Shown here in pieces: positions 28,900 to 38,602 of a DNA stretch of 57,509 nucleotides. Origin of the DNA: a virus (lineage: Duplodnaviria > Caudoviricetes); the IMG/VR virus record IMGVR_UViG_3300028840_002812, positions 1 through 57,509 of that record, one strand, 5' to 3'. Position numbers and translations under genes: made by a program. The notes beneath the pieces are model-generated. The model had not been told where the DNA came from. It saw only the letters and a program-made list of their open reading frames with translations, and ran no database searches. Within the stretch, counting starts at the first letter, position 1. Every line of letters starts with the position of its first letter.

Positions 28900-29082
28900 T
28901 TATGATTGTGGTATTACCCACTCAGAAACTAATTCTTGTTGTTTTAAATAAAGTTTAAAATAGCACTTTGCGAGAGTTCTAATATCATCAATATTATCAA
29001 TATTATCAATTTGATTACTGAATTTTACATACTCAAAATTTTTTGTCAAGTTTGAAAGTTCTATAGTATCAGGATTCATCAA
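28900..29082 (-). CDS. Small helical protein, possibly NblA-like
   Basis: 60 aa with a two-helix pattern IELS..KNF...YLKQQELV. Confidence 0.55.
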   Translation of the reverse strand: MMNPDTIELSNLTKNFEYVKFSNQIDNIDNIDDIRTLAKCYFKLYLKQQELVSEWVIPQS

Positions 29083-29293
29083 TCAATCTCCTAAGTAAAA
29101 ATTTAATTTCATTTAAGTCTTCTTTCATATTTGTGATATCAGATTCGAGATTATTTACCCTTTCATTTTCTTTTAGTTTAGAATCTCTTCTAGAAAGATA
29201 TTCAGCGTATTCTGACATATTAGTATTAATAATAGAATTTGTTTTAGGATCTCGAATCAGATGATCATACCCTTTCACTTTAATATAATCCAT
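29069..29293 (-). CDS. Conserved hypothetical protein with C-terminal coiled coil
   Basis: IKVKGYDHLIRDPKTNSIINTN; follows the VrlC-like gene. Confidence 0.75.
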   Translation of the reverse strand: MDYIKVKGYDHLIRDPKTNSIINTNMSEYAEYLSRRDSKLKENERVNNLESDITNMKEDLNEIKFLLRRLIDES

Positions 29294-29294
29294 A

Positions 29295-32200
29295 TCAAGC
29301 TAGTGTAATTACTCGTAAGTTTCTTACTCTAGGAACATAAACTTGGTTAGTAGATGTCATAATAAGTTTAATTCTATAAGATCTAAATGGTGGCAGTTGA
29401 TCTGAAGTAAACCCATATTCTCTGTATTCAAGTTCAGGAGAAGTAAATCCAATAGAGTTTGATTGTGATATAAATTTATCAGATAAACCACTATTATCCT
29501 CAAAGTTTATAATCTCTCCTCTTGAATTGAGATTCGCATATCCAGGAAATGGGGTAAAGATAGGATCGAAGTTTTGATTTTCACTAATCGCATATAATGC
29601 TCGAATATCCGAATACAGATTAATATGTGCGTCAAGAATAATCTTGATTGAAGAAGCAGGATTTTCTAAAGTAATTTCCTTTGAAATATATTGAAATGCT
29701 GATGGGTCTCCATTAATTGTATCGACTCTTGCATCAGTAGCATAATTTTCAATCACGCTATTGATTCTATTTGAAGTTAATATGGTGCTTATTCTTTGAG
29801 TATCTAAAACCGGAGAGAGTCTTGTATCGGTTGTGCCTAAAGTTAATCTCATATTCATTGACTTATTGCCAGGTAAATCGGTCAATTTATTATCTTCGTT
29901 TACTTTTGATGCAATAATTCTTGTGCTATCTAGATAATTTGGAGAATTAATCGTAATAGGCTCAAAACCAACATCAGTAAATGGTATTTCATTTCCACTG
30001 ATACTAGAACCAGTAATAGTCCTCACTTCAGCACTTAATGAAGTACCTTGCACAGTAAGATTTTGAATAAGAGGCGTAATAATTTCAAAGGGCATATTTT
30101 GTGATGCTCTAGTGTTATATCCACCAGTTGATTTTGTTTGATTTGCGTAAAGAGTTGGGAAACTAGTTCCAACACTTCTATCAACACCATCACTAGTCAT
30201 ATCAAGTTTAATGTGATAGGAATCAAAAGTAATAGGATCTGTAATAGTTACATCATTTAAATCGTGAGTTTTATTAATTCTTTTTAGTGAAACGCCATTC
30301 AATTCATATTTGTAGACAGGAGATCCGATTGGATGAGATGTGGAATTGGGTCCTCTAATAATATTTCCACCAATAACTCCTCCCGATATTGAAGTATATT
30401 CAATAACCTCGTCACCAATAAGTAAATATCCAGAGTTTGTTTCTCCAACTCCAACATTTTCAAACATACCGAAAGCACTAGAATCATCAACTGATATTGA
30501 TCCTGTAGAATCTGCCGCAAGTTGAATGCTCAATTTAGTTGGTTTGATATCTGATTCTACATTAGAAATTGTAACTAAGTTATCTTGAAAATACATTCCG
30601 TGATTTTTATGATCTATCTTAATATGTCTTCCGTCAGTTTCTGTAATTATTTCATTAACAAATACACCAGTTCCATTTAGAGATGTTGTAATACCTAAAC
30701 TATTCACAAACTGAATTGTTTTGGATTCACCAACAACAAAGTCTCCTTGAATATTATCTACTATAATTTGATTAAGATTGGAAATGTTTGGAAGTGAGAA
30801 TCTTGCATTTATTCCGACATTAAATGCTCCAATATTAGAAATTCCAAGAACGTCTCCAATTTGGTATCCACTTCCCCCAGAAGTAATAGTTGCTCCAATT
30901 GCGACTCCATTGTTTATGGTAATCGTAGCAGTTGCATCTCTACCCTTACCAGTAATTGTTTGTAAACTAATTCCAGTGAAAGTTGCAATACCAGAAGATG
31001 GAGTATATCCAATACCAGCATTAATAATATTTAATGAACCCGTTGCAATTCCTGCATTTCCCACATAGTTTCCTGATGCGTTTGTTCCACTTTGTAAAAT
31101 AGTATTTCCGATAACAAAGTTTGAATCATTAATTGTGGATGCTAAACTTATTCTAACTTTTTTAGAATTAAAGTTAAGAGAATTTGGTATTAATTTAGCA
31201 ATTTGATTATTACCTTCAGTAAGTTGGGGATTATAAACTTCTACAGTTCCAGATTCAATAAAATCTGCACGATAAAGCGTAAACTTAAGATCCTCCCACT
31301 GACTTGGTTCCCAAGTTGAAGCATTTTGTGATTTAAATAGTGATCCAAGGTAGGGTTGGTTAGAAATAAAGGTTTGTGTTATTAAATCATTTTCACCAAC
31401 TCTTGAAATGTAAACACTGTACTTTGTTGAATTTGAAAGTAAGCAAACGCAATATTCCTTTCCACCTTCAAGGTAAATTGGAGATTTAAATACTACTGGT
31501 GTTGCAATAGTTGAATCATTAGAAATTTGAACCTCATCGGGATCTAATACAATTTCAGAAAACGGAAGTACAAACTCTGAAGGTAATCCATTCTGTATGG
31601 TTCTTATTTGAATTGTGACTGGAACATCAGTATCATCTTTAGTTCTAAAGAAAACATCGCATCTTGTGAGAAAAATTCCAGTGCTCTCATCAATTATGAA
31701 TGATTGTGCTAATGGATCGTTATAACATCCAGGAGAAAAAGGATTTTGATATATACTCGTTTGAGGCTTTGTTGCAGGAGCAACAACTTTACCTATATTA
31801 GGATTGACCCCCCAAGTACTAACTGCACCTTGTCCAACTACGATAGGTCTTCCAGTAGCTTGAGCAGCTGCAACTGCTGCAGCAGCGTTTCCTCCATAAG
31901 TATTACGAATTAAGTCTCCTGTAATATAAACTGGAGAACTACTGGGTGCTGGTGAAGGTGCTGAAGGTGCTGAAGGCGGAGGAGGTGGTGGGTAGTTAGT
32001 AACGCTTGAAGAAGATAGAACAGTGCTACTAACCACTTTAGTCCCTGTGGATCTTGAAATTTGTTTTGCTTCAGTCAGAACTCTACTTTCAATTCTCGCA
32101 TTTCTAATAGAAATGATATTTTCCTGAACTGTCTGTAAAGTGCCGCTAGAAGAAAAGTTTTCTTCGGCAATAGTTGTAGCAAAATTTTGATCATTAAATG

Positions 32201-35200
32201 TATTATTAGTAAAAGTTAATGACTTAGTTCCAGACTCAAATCTCGGATGTATATTACTATTTGGATTCGGTATAAACAAACTCCCAATTAAAGTTGCTGA
32301 TAAATCTGATACTAATCTAATATTTGTAATAGAAGCTTGAGCACCACTAATACTTCCAGTTAAAACCATTCCACTTCCTATCCACCCATTAAATAATCCT
32401 TGGGGTTCATTTGAAAGCGAAAAAGTATCAATATTCAATATTGATGATGTTGAAGAATATGTTGCAGGTAATACTTGGTTTGTGTAAGGATTTTTTGAAA
32501 ATACTTTATTAGGAACATTATATGGTCCTTCTTTATGATTTGATTGCGACACTCTAAAAGTAATTTTGGGAGATTCATTAGATAAATCTGAACCCAATCC
32601 AGTTGCTCGTATCCTACCAATTACAGTTTCTCCGACCTGAAATACGCCAGAAATCATATTAATTTCAAGTAATTTTGGAACGCAATATTTTGTTACGTCT
32701 ACCCCATCAAAAAATGCATATAATTGTGTTAATGGTTTTACTTGCTTCAATATGAACTGAAGATTTCTAGATCTCATAAATGCAACAAGATCTCTATTTA
32801 CAACTCTATCACCAAATGATGTTTTATCAAATTGCTCACTTACTATAGTTCTCAGTCCACTTCTATTTGATACTCCAGTGTCTATAACCTCTAACAAATT
32901 ATCCTGAATAACACTTGTGGTAGTTGTTGGATAAGTTCCGAAGCGACCATAGATGTCTCGTGAACCCATTGCCACGCCGGCACTTAAAGGGTTGTGCGTT
33001 ACACCTGTTCCGTGTGTAGTTTCCGTTCTATTTTTCGTAGATTCTACTCTTTCCTGTCCAGTCCAAACATCAACCCAAGAATTCCATACTGTTGGACCAA
33101 ATCCAGTTTGAGGATCTACATTTAAAGTTGATAAAGTTTGTGCATAATTTCCTTCTTGCGTAATAACTTTAGATTCTAAACGAACAGTATCTACCCAGGT
33201 ATCAGAAGGCGGAGTAATTTCGAGAGTTCCTTTCCAAAAGTTAACTAAAAAGGGCGTAACACTTTCTGTTCTTGTTGCAAAAGGTTGTTTTAACCATTCT
33301 AATTCAGCATAATCTAACGTAACAATGTCTCCAGATTTTCTAACATTGATACCCTCAATTGATGAGAATGCTAAATCATCAGTTGGATCCGTATTTTCTA
33401 CTGGACCAAAAATCAAATCAATCGAATTAGTATAATGTTTTGGTCTTAACTCTTTATTTTTAGGATCAATACTATTCTTTATTTCGGCATCATTTTCTTG
33501 AGATAAAGTAGTTGTAAAGTTATCGACAAAAAATCCAGATTTAAATCTATTCAATCCATTTGAATCTGAAATAAAAAGATTTGCTGTGTTTGTTTCTAAA
33601 AGAGACAATGCAGTATAATACTCTAAATTTTTAATTCTACTTTCAAGATTCCTAATGTCGGACATTTTATATCCTTTATGCTCCAAAAATTGAATGGAAG
33701 CATCTGATACTGAATAAAGATATGGAGGCAATTCTATAGAGAATAACTCTAAAGAATCATCAGAAGAAGATGGTTTTTCTGGTTTTTCTGATGGTGTTCC
33801 ATATTTGACTTGAAATTTACCATCTTTCGCAAGATAAACGCTATCAATTCTACCCAAGTAGAATGAAAAGTTACTTAAAATTTCCTCATCCGATGCCAAA
33901 ATATTTGTTGCCGAATTTCCCGAAGCATTGAATAATCTTCCAAAAAATTCAAATGGCGATCTTGAATTTTCAGTAACTGTATATAGAGAAACTCTTGGTC
34001 TAATATCAATAATATCAGTATTTCTAACTCCATTAATAGTTCTTATTTCATTAGTATAATCATAAGTATTGTATGACTCTACTGTTGTAATATCCCCATC
34101 ATCTGAAGAATCATAAAATCCACTAGAAAAATAGATTTTTATTTTTTTGTTTGGTTCTTCTGAATTTAATTTTCTAGTAATAAATCCATAATCATAAAAA
34201 GTTCCTTTTTGTCCAATAGAAAATGTATAGTTAAATGATATATTGAAACTTGGTGAATCTAATGTTACAATAACTGCTTGAATATTGGATTCTCTAAATG
34301 TTACCGTCTCCCCTTCTTTAAAATTATTTTGATTTTTATAAACAAATAATATTTGGGATGAAGTTAATTTTTCGGCAACTATACCAATAGTATCGCCATT
34401 TTGACTTACAATTTGTTCACCAATAATTAAGTCTGATGTTGTGTTAGTTGGACCATTGATAGACGAAAGAACCATTTTCGGCGCAGAAGGGGAAGCAGTA
34501 TCTGCCGACTCAAAAATTCCATGTATCTCAATAATATCAGGAACGTTTAGAGATATATTTTTATCTTGAACTCTTGTTCCATAAGCATAATTTCCAAATT
34601 CAAGACCATCATTCAAGGTGGTTCCTCCAATACCAGATCCCACATATTTTGACTTATCAATTATAATACTATTAACCCTATTTTTTCTTTTTGCTTTTGC
34701 TTTTGGTTTAATTTTTCTAAGAGTTGTAATTAAGGTTGCACCAGCATTATTGGATCCTAGGTTAAAAATTTGGAGTTGAGCGCCACCATTAATAAAGGAA
34801 AATTTATCTGAAGTTAATAATTCGGTAGAACCATCAGATCTAATTAAAGAATATCTTTCCTCATCAAAGGGTAAAAATGTTTCATTTGTTCCGGCACTCA
34901 CTGTGTCGGATAGTTGGTTTGATATGATATTGACAGTGAATGACTTTCTAATGGTGATATTTGCATTATTTAAATCTACATTAGAAATATTACTTTTTGG
35001 GAATGATGTATATAGTGTGTTGTCCGTTGATGATTCTAAATTTGTCGTTAATATTTTAAGATCAGTAACCTCCAATGTTGCAGTTGGTAGTTTTCCTTGA
35101 GCAATGCCAGTAACAGTAGTAACTCCGGCAATTGTAATTTCGGTAGACCCTACACTTACAACTTTTGCAATAACTGGATCTGCCAGAGAAGTATCACTGT

Positions 35201-37025
35201 AAGAAATTAAATTATCTCTTTTAACAAGATTTCCCGGAAATAGAACATTAGTACTTGTAATAGTACTAATGCCTAAAGATTCTGGTGAAATACGTGCGAT
35301 CCCAATGTTAGATTTTATAGATTGTACCGAATCTGCGGAAAATGTTGATGAAGATCCGACTAAACCATAAACTGATTTGACATCAGAAATACTATATGAA
35401 GTTACTGCTACAGCAACATGTCCGGATTCAATTCCATCAAAAATAAATGATTCGTTTTTTAAAAAACTACCTTTGATATCATATAAAGTAATGAGAGTGT
35501 TATTAGAAACTGCATCCTTAATAAACCCACTTGCACCACTATTTACTCCCTCAACAAAGGTTGGTACTGATAATGTGATAGGTTCATTTAAAGTTATCTC
35601 GGTAGTAGTTTGAACATCATATAATGAAATGCCCCATTCATTTATATTTTGATTTGTAAAACTATAAGAACCAAATTCTAATCTAAAGTCATAAACTCTA
35701 GCAACTCCAATTTCTTTCCCTGGTGCAGTAACTTTGGAGGTGCCAACTCTTTCATCTCTCAAACTTAAAATATAAGTATTTCCAATTCCAATAACAGGAG
35801 TTCCGTAAACATTATTTAAAGATAATGTTGGACCCGTATTATAGTTGATTGATTGATTTTCTAATTTTTTAATTGTTCTTGGTTTTTGTACATCCAAGAA
35901 TGTTGTACTTATAGTTTCTACGTCATATCCACGAATAACTGCTTTACCTGAAGATACTTGATATATAACCAGATCGTCGGATGGAGTTTCTCCCCCATAA
36001 GTAAATTGATTTAAATTAAAAATTCCCTGATTTCCTAAATTATTATTCAAAGATTCTTTTATTGAAACATCAAAGGGTTTAACAATATAATCGCCAGATT
36101 CGCTATATGTTCTTCTTGCTAATTCGTCAGCAATTAAATTATATTCGGTTGTGATAACTTTTGACCTTAATACTCCGTCATTTATTGTTGCCAATTCGAC
36201 AAAATTATTATCATCAAAATCTGACAAACTTTTTTTAAATAATGATACGGAAATTTTTAACCTATCAGCACCTGGTGCCGCATAATTATTAAACCCCTGA
36301 GAATTATCACTCAAAGACTCATCAATATCAGAATTAATAACCTCCTCATTTACAAATAAACCAACTCTATAACTTGGTGTATTATTATATTGATTTAAGA
36401 CTAAAGTTTCCGAGTTTACATTTACGAATTGTCCACGAATAAAATAAATTCCATCAGAAATTGAAAATGCCGATCCAACTGTTGAAGAATTATTTGATGT
36501 AGTAACAGCGAATGGTTGTCCAGCAACAATAGAAGTATTTCCTAAAAGACCTGAAGTAATTGTAATATTTGAAATCAATGATTCTCCATCAAAAAATTGT
36601 TGAGTTGAATTATTTTGAACACTTGAACTTAAATAATTTATATAAAGAGTTAAATTTCCTCTTTCCGAGTCTTGTGGAAGAAGAACTTTATCTACAGTAG
36701 CGGTTACGCCAGAAGTTTGTCCTGTAATTTTACTTCCGACAAGTTGATCTGCGTATGCAGAAACAGAGACTCCAAGAAAAGTATTTTGAAGTTGAACACA
36801 ATAATATAATTGAGTGTATGAAGTATTTCCTGGTATTACTTTTGCGCCTTCTTTAAAAAAGTGTTGCCCAAACTTTTCAATTTGGTTTTGGAGAATTGAC
36901 TGAAGAGTTGTTAGTTCTCTTGCTTGAACAGGAACTCCTGGTTTAAAAAGAACTTTATGATAGTCATTATTTGCGTCAAAATCATCAAAATATGGTGATA
37001 CATTGAGATTGGTTTGTTGAGACAT
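29295..37025 (-). CDS. Large virion structural protein (VrlC/DUF4815-like, baseplate or tail)
   Basis: NLNVSPYFDDF, PVQARELTTLQSILQNQ, APGADRLKI, RFKSGFFVDNF, DPLAQSF and GSLFKSQNASTW motifs. Confidence 0.88.
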   Translation of the reverse strand: MSQQTNLNVSPYFDDFDANNDYHKVLFKPGVPVQARELTTLQSILQNQIEKFGQHFFKEGAKVIPGNTSYTQLYYCVQLQNTFLGVSVSAYADQLVGSKITGQTSGVTATVDKVLLPQDSERGNLTLYINYLSSSVQNNSTQQFFDGESLISNITITSGLLGNTSIVAGQPFAVTTSNNSSTVGSAFSISDGIYFIRGQFVNVNSETLVLNQYNNTPSYRVGLFVNEEVINSDIDESLSDNSQGFNNYAAPGADRLKISVSLFKKSLSDFDDNNFVELATINDGVLRSKVITTEYNLIADELARRTYSESGDYIVKPFDVSIKESLNNNLGNQGIFNLNQFTYGGETPSDDLVIYQVSSGKAVIRGYDVETISTTFLDVQKPRTIKKLENQSINYNTGPTLSLNNVYGTPVIGIGNTYILSLRDERVGTSKVTAPGKEIGVARVYDFRLEFGSYSFTNQNINEWGISLYDVQTTTEITLNEPITLSVPTFVEGVNSGASGFIKDAVSNNTLITLYDIKGSFLKNESFIFDGIESGHVAVAVTSYSISDVKSVYGLVGSSSTFSADSVQSIKSNIGIARISPESLGISTITSTNVLFPGNLVKRDNLISYSDTSLADPVIAKVVSVGSTEITIAGVTTVTGIAQGKLPTATLEVTDLKILTTNLESSTDNTLYTSFPKSNISNVDLNNANITIRKSFTVNIISNQLSDTVSAGTNETFLPFDEERYSLIRSDGSTELLTSDKFSFINGGAQLQIFNLGSNNAGATLITTLRKIKPKAKAKRKNRVNSIIIDKSKYVGSGIGGTTLNDGLEFGNYAYGTRVQDKNISLNVPDIIEIHGIFESADTASPSAPKMVLSSINGPTNTTSDLIIGEQIVSQNGDTIGIVAEKLTSSQILFVYKNQNNFKEGETVTFRESNIQAVIVTLDSPSFNISFNYTFSIGQKGTFYDYGFITRKLNSEEPNKKIKIYFSSGFYDSSDDGDITTVESYNTYDYTNEIRTINGVRNTDIIDIRPRVSLYTVTENSRSPFEFFGRLFNASGNSATNILASDEEILSNFSFYLGRIDSVYLAKDGKFQVKYGTPSEKPEKPSSSDDSLELFSIELPPYLYSVSDASIQFLEHKGYKMSDIRNLESRIKNLEYYTALSLLETNTANLFISDSNGLNRFKSGFFVDNFTTTLSQENDAEIKNSIDPKNKELRPKHYTNSIDLIFGPVENTDPTDDLAFSSIEGINVRKSGDIVTLDYAELEWLKQPFATRTESVTPFLVNFWKGTLEITPPSDTWVDTVRLESKVITQEGNYAQTLSTLNVDPQTGFGPTVWNSWVDVWTGQERVESTKNRTETTHGTGVTHNPLSAGVAMGSRDIYGRFGTYPTTTTSVIQDNLLEVIDTGVSNRSGLRTIVSEQFDKTSFGDRVVNRDLVAFMRSRNLQFILKQVKPLTQLYAFFDGVDVTKYCVPKLLEINMISGVFQVGETVIGRIRATGLGSDLSNESPKITFRVSQSNHKEGPYNVPNKVFSKNPYTNQVLPATYSSTSSILNIDTFSLSNEPQGLFNGWIGSGMVLTGSISGAQASITNIRLVSDLSATLIGSLFIPNPNSNIHPRFESGTKSLTFTNNTFNDQNFATTIAEENFSSSGTLQTVQENIISIRNARIESRVLTEAKQISRSTGTKVVSSTVLSSSSVTNYPPPPPPSAPSAPSPAPSSSPVYITGDLIRNTYGGNAAAAVAAAQATGRPIVVGQGAVSTWGVNPNIGKVVAPATKPQTSIYQNPFSPGCYNDPLAQSFIIDESTGIFLTRCDVFFRTKDDTDVPVTIQIRTIQNGLPSEFVLPFSEIVLDPDEVQISNDSTIATPVVFKSPIYLEGGKEYCVCLLSNSTKYSVYISRVGENDLITQTFISNQPYLGSLFKSQNASTWEPSQWEDLKFTLYRADFIESGTVEVYNPQLTEGNNQIAKLIPNSLNFNSKKVRISLASTINDSNFVIGNTILQSGTNASGNYVGNAGIATGSLNIINAGIGYTPSSGIATFTGISLQTITGKGRDATATITINNGVAIGATITSGGSGYQIGDVLGISNIGAFNVGINARFSLPNISNLNQIIVDNIQGDFVVGESKTIQFVNSLGITTSLNGTGVFVNEIITETDGRHIKIDHKNHGMYFQDNLVTISNVESDIKPTKLSIQLAADSTGSISVDDSSAFGMFENVGVGETNSGYLLIGDEVIEYTSISGGVIGGNIIRGPNSTSHPIGSPVYKYELNGVSLKRINKTHDLNDVTITDPITFDSYHIKLDMTSDGVDRSVGTSFPTLYANQTKSTGGYNTRASQNMPFEIITPLIQNLTVQGTSLSAEVRTITGSSISGNEIPFTDVGFEPITINSPNYLDSTRIIASKVNEDNKLTDLPGNKSMNMRLTLGTTDTRLSPVLDTQRISTILTSNRINSVIENYATDARVDTINGDPSAFQYISKEITLENPASSIKIILDAHINLYSDIRALYAISENQNFDPIFTPFPGYANLNSRGEIINFEDNSGLSDKFISQSNSIGFTSPELEYREYGFTSDQLPPFRSYRIKLIMTSTNQVYVPRVRNLRVITLA

Positions 37026-37031
37026 AATTTT

Positions 37032-38582
37032 TTAAAACTGCAAAATGACTTTAATATCTTCTTTTTGATTCGGAGATCTTGTAATTGATGGTCTATTATC
37101 TACGTAAATAATATTTCCAGAGTATTTTTTTACTTCAGGATTTGCAAGACCACTTGAAAAAGATTGTCCAAGGTAATACGTCCTATTATTTATCACGGTA
37201 GATATACCCGTAAAAGTAGTATCAATTGTTAATGGAAGTGACCCACCAGTAATTACAAGACTTCCTTCAGTGGTAGGGGAACTTGAAAATTCAACTCGAT
37301 CAAATCCGAAAGGTGGATTAGTTACCGCGGTACCGGCAGTAGTAAATCCTGCCATTGACCTATCCTGCCAGTACTTTAAGACTCCAGTAATTTGATCATA
37401 ACTGATGACTTTACCTACTGCAGTTGTTGCAGTCGCAACTGTCTGTGTGATGAATGAATCTGCAGTATATATTGCAGTTTCAACTCCAATTCCCGTCAAC
37501 TTAAGTGCGTAAACAGCACTTGCCTTATCTAAAGTTAAAATTTGATTTGAACCAAAAGATTCTGGATTTTCTACAATTCCAATTCTCGCGATTTGGTTTC
37601 CGGTAATAAAATCTGGATTTTGGTTATCATTTTCTATTCTGGAGTACATTAGAACATTATATGCCCCAAGTTCCCGGTAAATATCTGCTCCGTGCCCTCC
37701 TTGTGGTGGAATAATTACATCAAAAGTTGGTCTAGTAGTTCCCGTAGGTACATTTCCTGCAACTAAATCTACATTTCCGAACGTATATCCGGAACCTTGA
37801 TTTGATACTATAATTGATTCTACTTTTTGATCATTATTTATCACAATAGTGCATTCTGCACCAGTACCATCACCACGAATAGGAACTCTTGTATAAGTTC
37901 TATTTGCAGTCCCTACACCAACACCTCTATTAGTGATAGTAACAATTTTAATAGAACCGTCAACGGCATTATTTTTTACCTCTGCATTATCATCACTTGT
38001 TTCCCAGTTAGCAGGAACCGGCATAAATTCGGTTGATTCAAACTTAATAATGTCAACCGGTTTAATAGTGTAAAGATACTTCCAGATATATCCATCTCCA
38101 CTAGATCCGGCAGATCTTGGTTCTAAATCCGTAAATCTAGGTTCATCTAGTGATGGCCTCCCTCTCAAATTATCTGCATCTATTCCATTGTATAAACAAA
38201 TATAAACTCTATAATCACTATTTAAAACATAATAAGATGCTGAATATAAATTAGTTGCACCAGAAACTATAGCAGTTTTTGATCTACTATAATCGTGACG
38301 ATACATATCATAAGATGTACCTGATGACCAAACTCTTTTTTGTACAACTTGCCTAACGTCACTTGCATTTATTTTTTTCAATGCAATCATCGTATCCCAA
38401 TAACCATTTTCTTCATCAAAACTATCTTTTGGGGCTGGTGGATTTCTATCCCAGTCAGGTTGAATATCAGTTGAATTTGATAATCCTACAAAAGAATAAT
38501 AAGAATTGGTAGTGGTACTTAATCCAGCAACAAAGTTTTTTGCATTTAGTATTCTAATCTGATCAGTTATAATTGCTGCCAT
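37032..38582 (-). CDS. gp8: Baseplate wedge subunit
   Basis: MAAIITDQIRILNAKNF, DGYIWKYLYTI and C-terminal QKEDIKVILQF. Confidence 0.9.
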   Translation of the reverse strand: MAAIITDQIRILNAKNFVAGLSTTTNSYYSFVGLSNSTDIQPDWDRNPPAPKDSFDEENGYWDTMIALKKINASDVRQVVQKRVWSSGTSYDMYRHDYSRSKTAIVSGATNLYSASYYVLNSDYRVYICLYNGIDADNLRGRPSLDEPRFTDLEPRSAGSSGDGYIWKYLYTIKPVDIIKFESTEFMPVPANWETSDDNAEVKNNAVDGSIKIVTITNRGVGVGTANRTYTRVPIRGDGTGAECTIVINNDQKVESIIVSNQGSGYTFGNVDLVAGNVPTGTTRPTFDVIIPPQGGHGADIYRELGAYNVLMYSRIENDNQNPDFITGNQIARIGIVENPESFGSNQILTLDKASAVYALKLTGIGVETAIYTADSFITQTVATATTAVGKVISYDQITGVLKYWQDRSMAGFTTAGTAVTNPPFGFDRVEFSSSPTTEGSLVITGGSLPLTIDTTFTGISTVINNRTYYLGQSFSSGLANPEVKKYSGNIIYVDNRPSITRSPNQKEDIKVILQF

Positions 38583-38602
38583 TTTGTGAGTTTTTTATCT
38601 AT

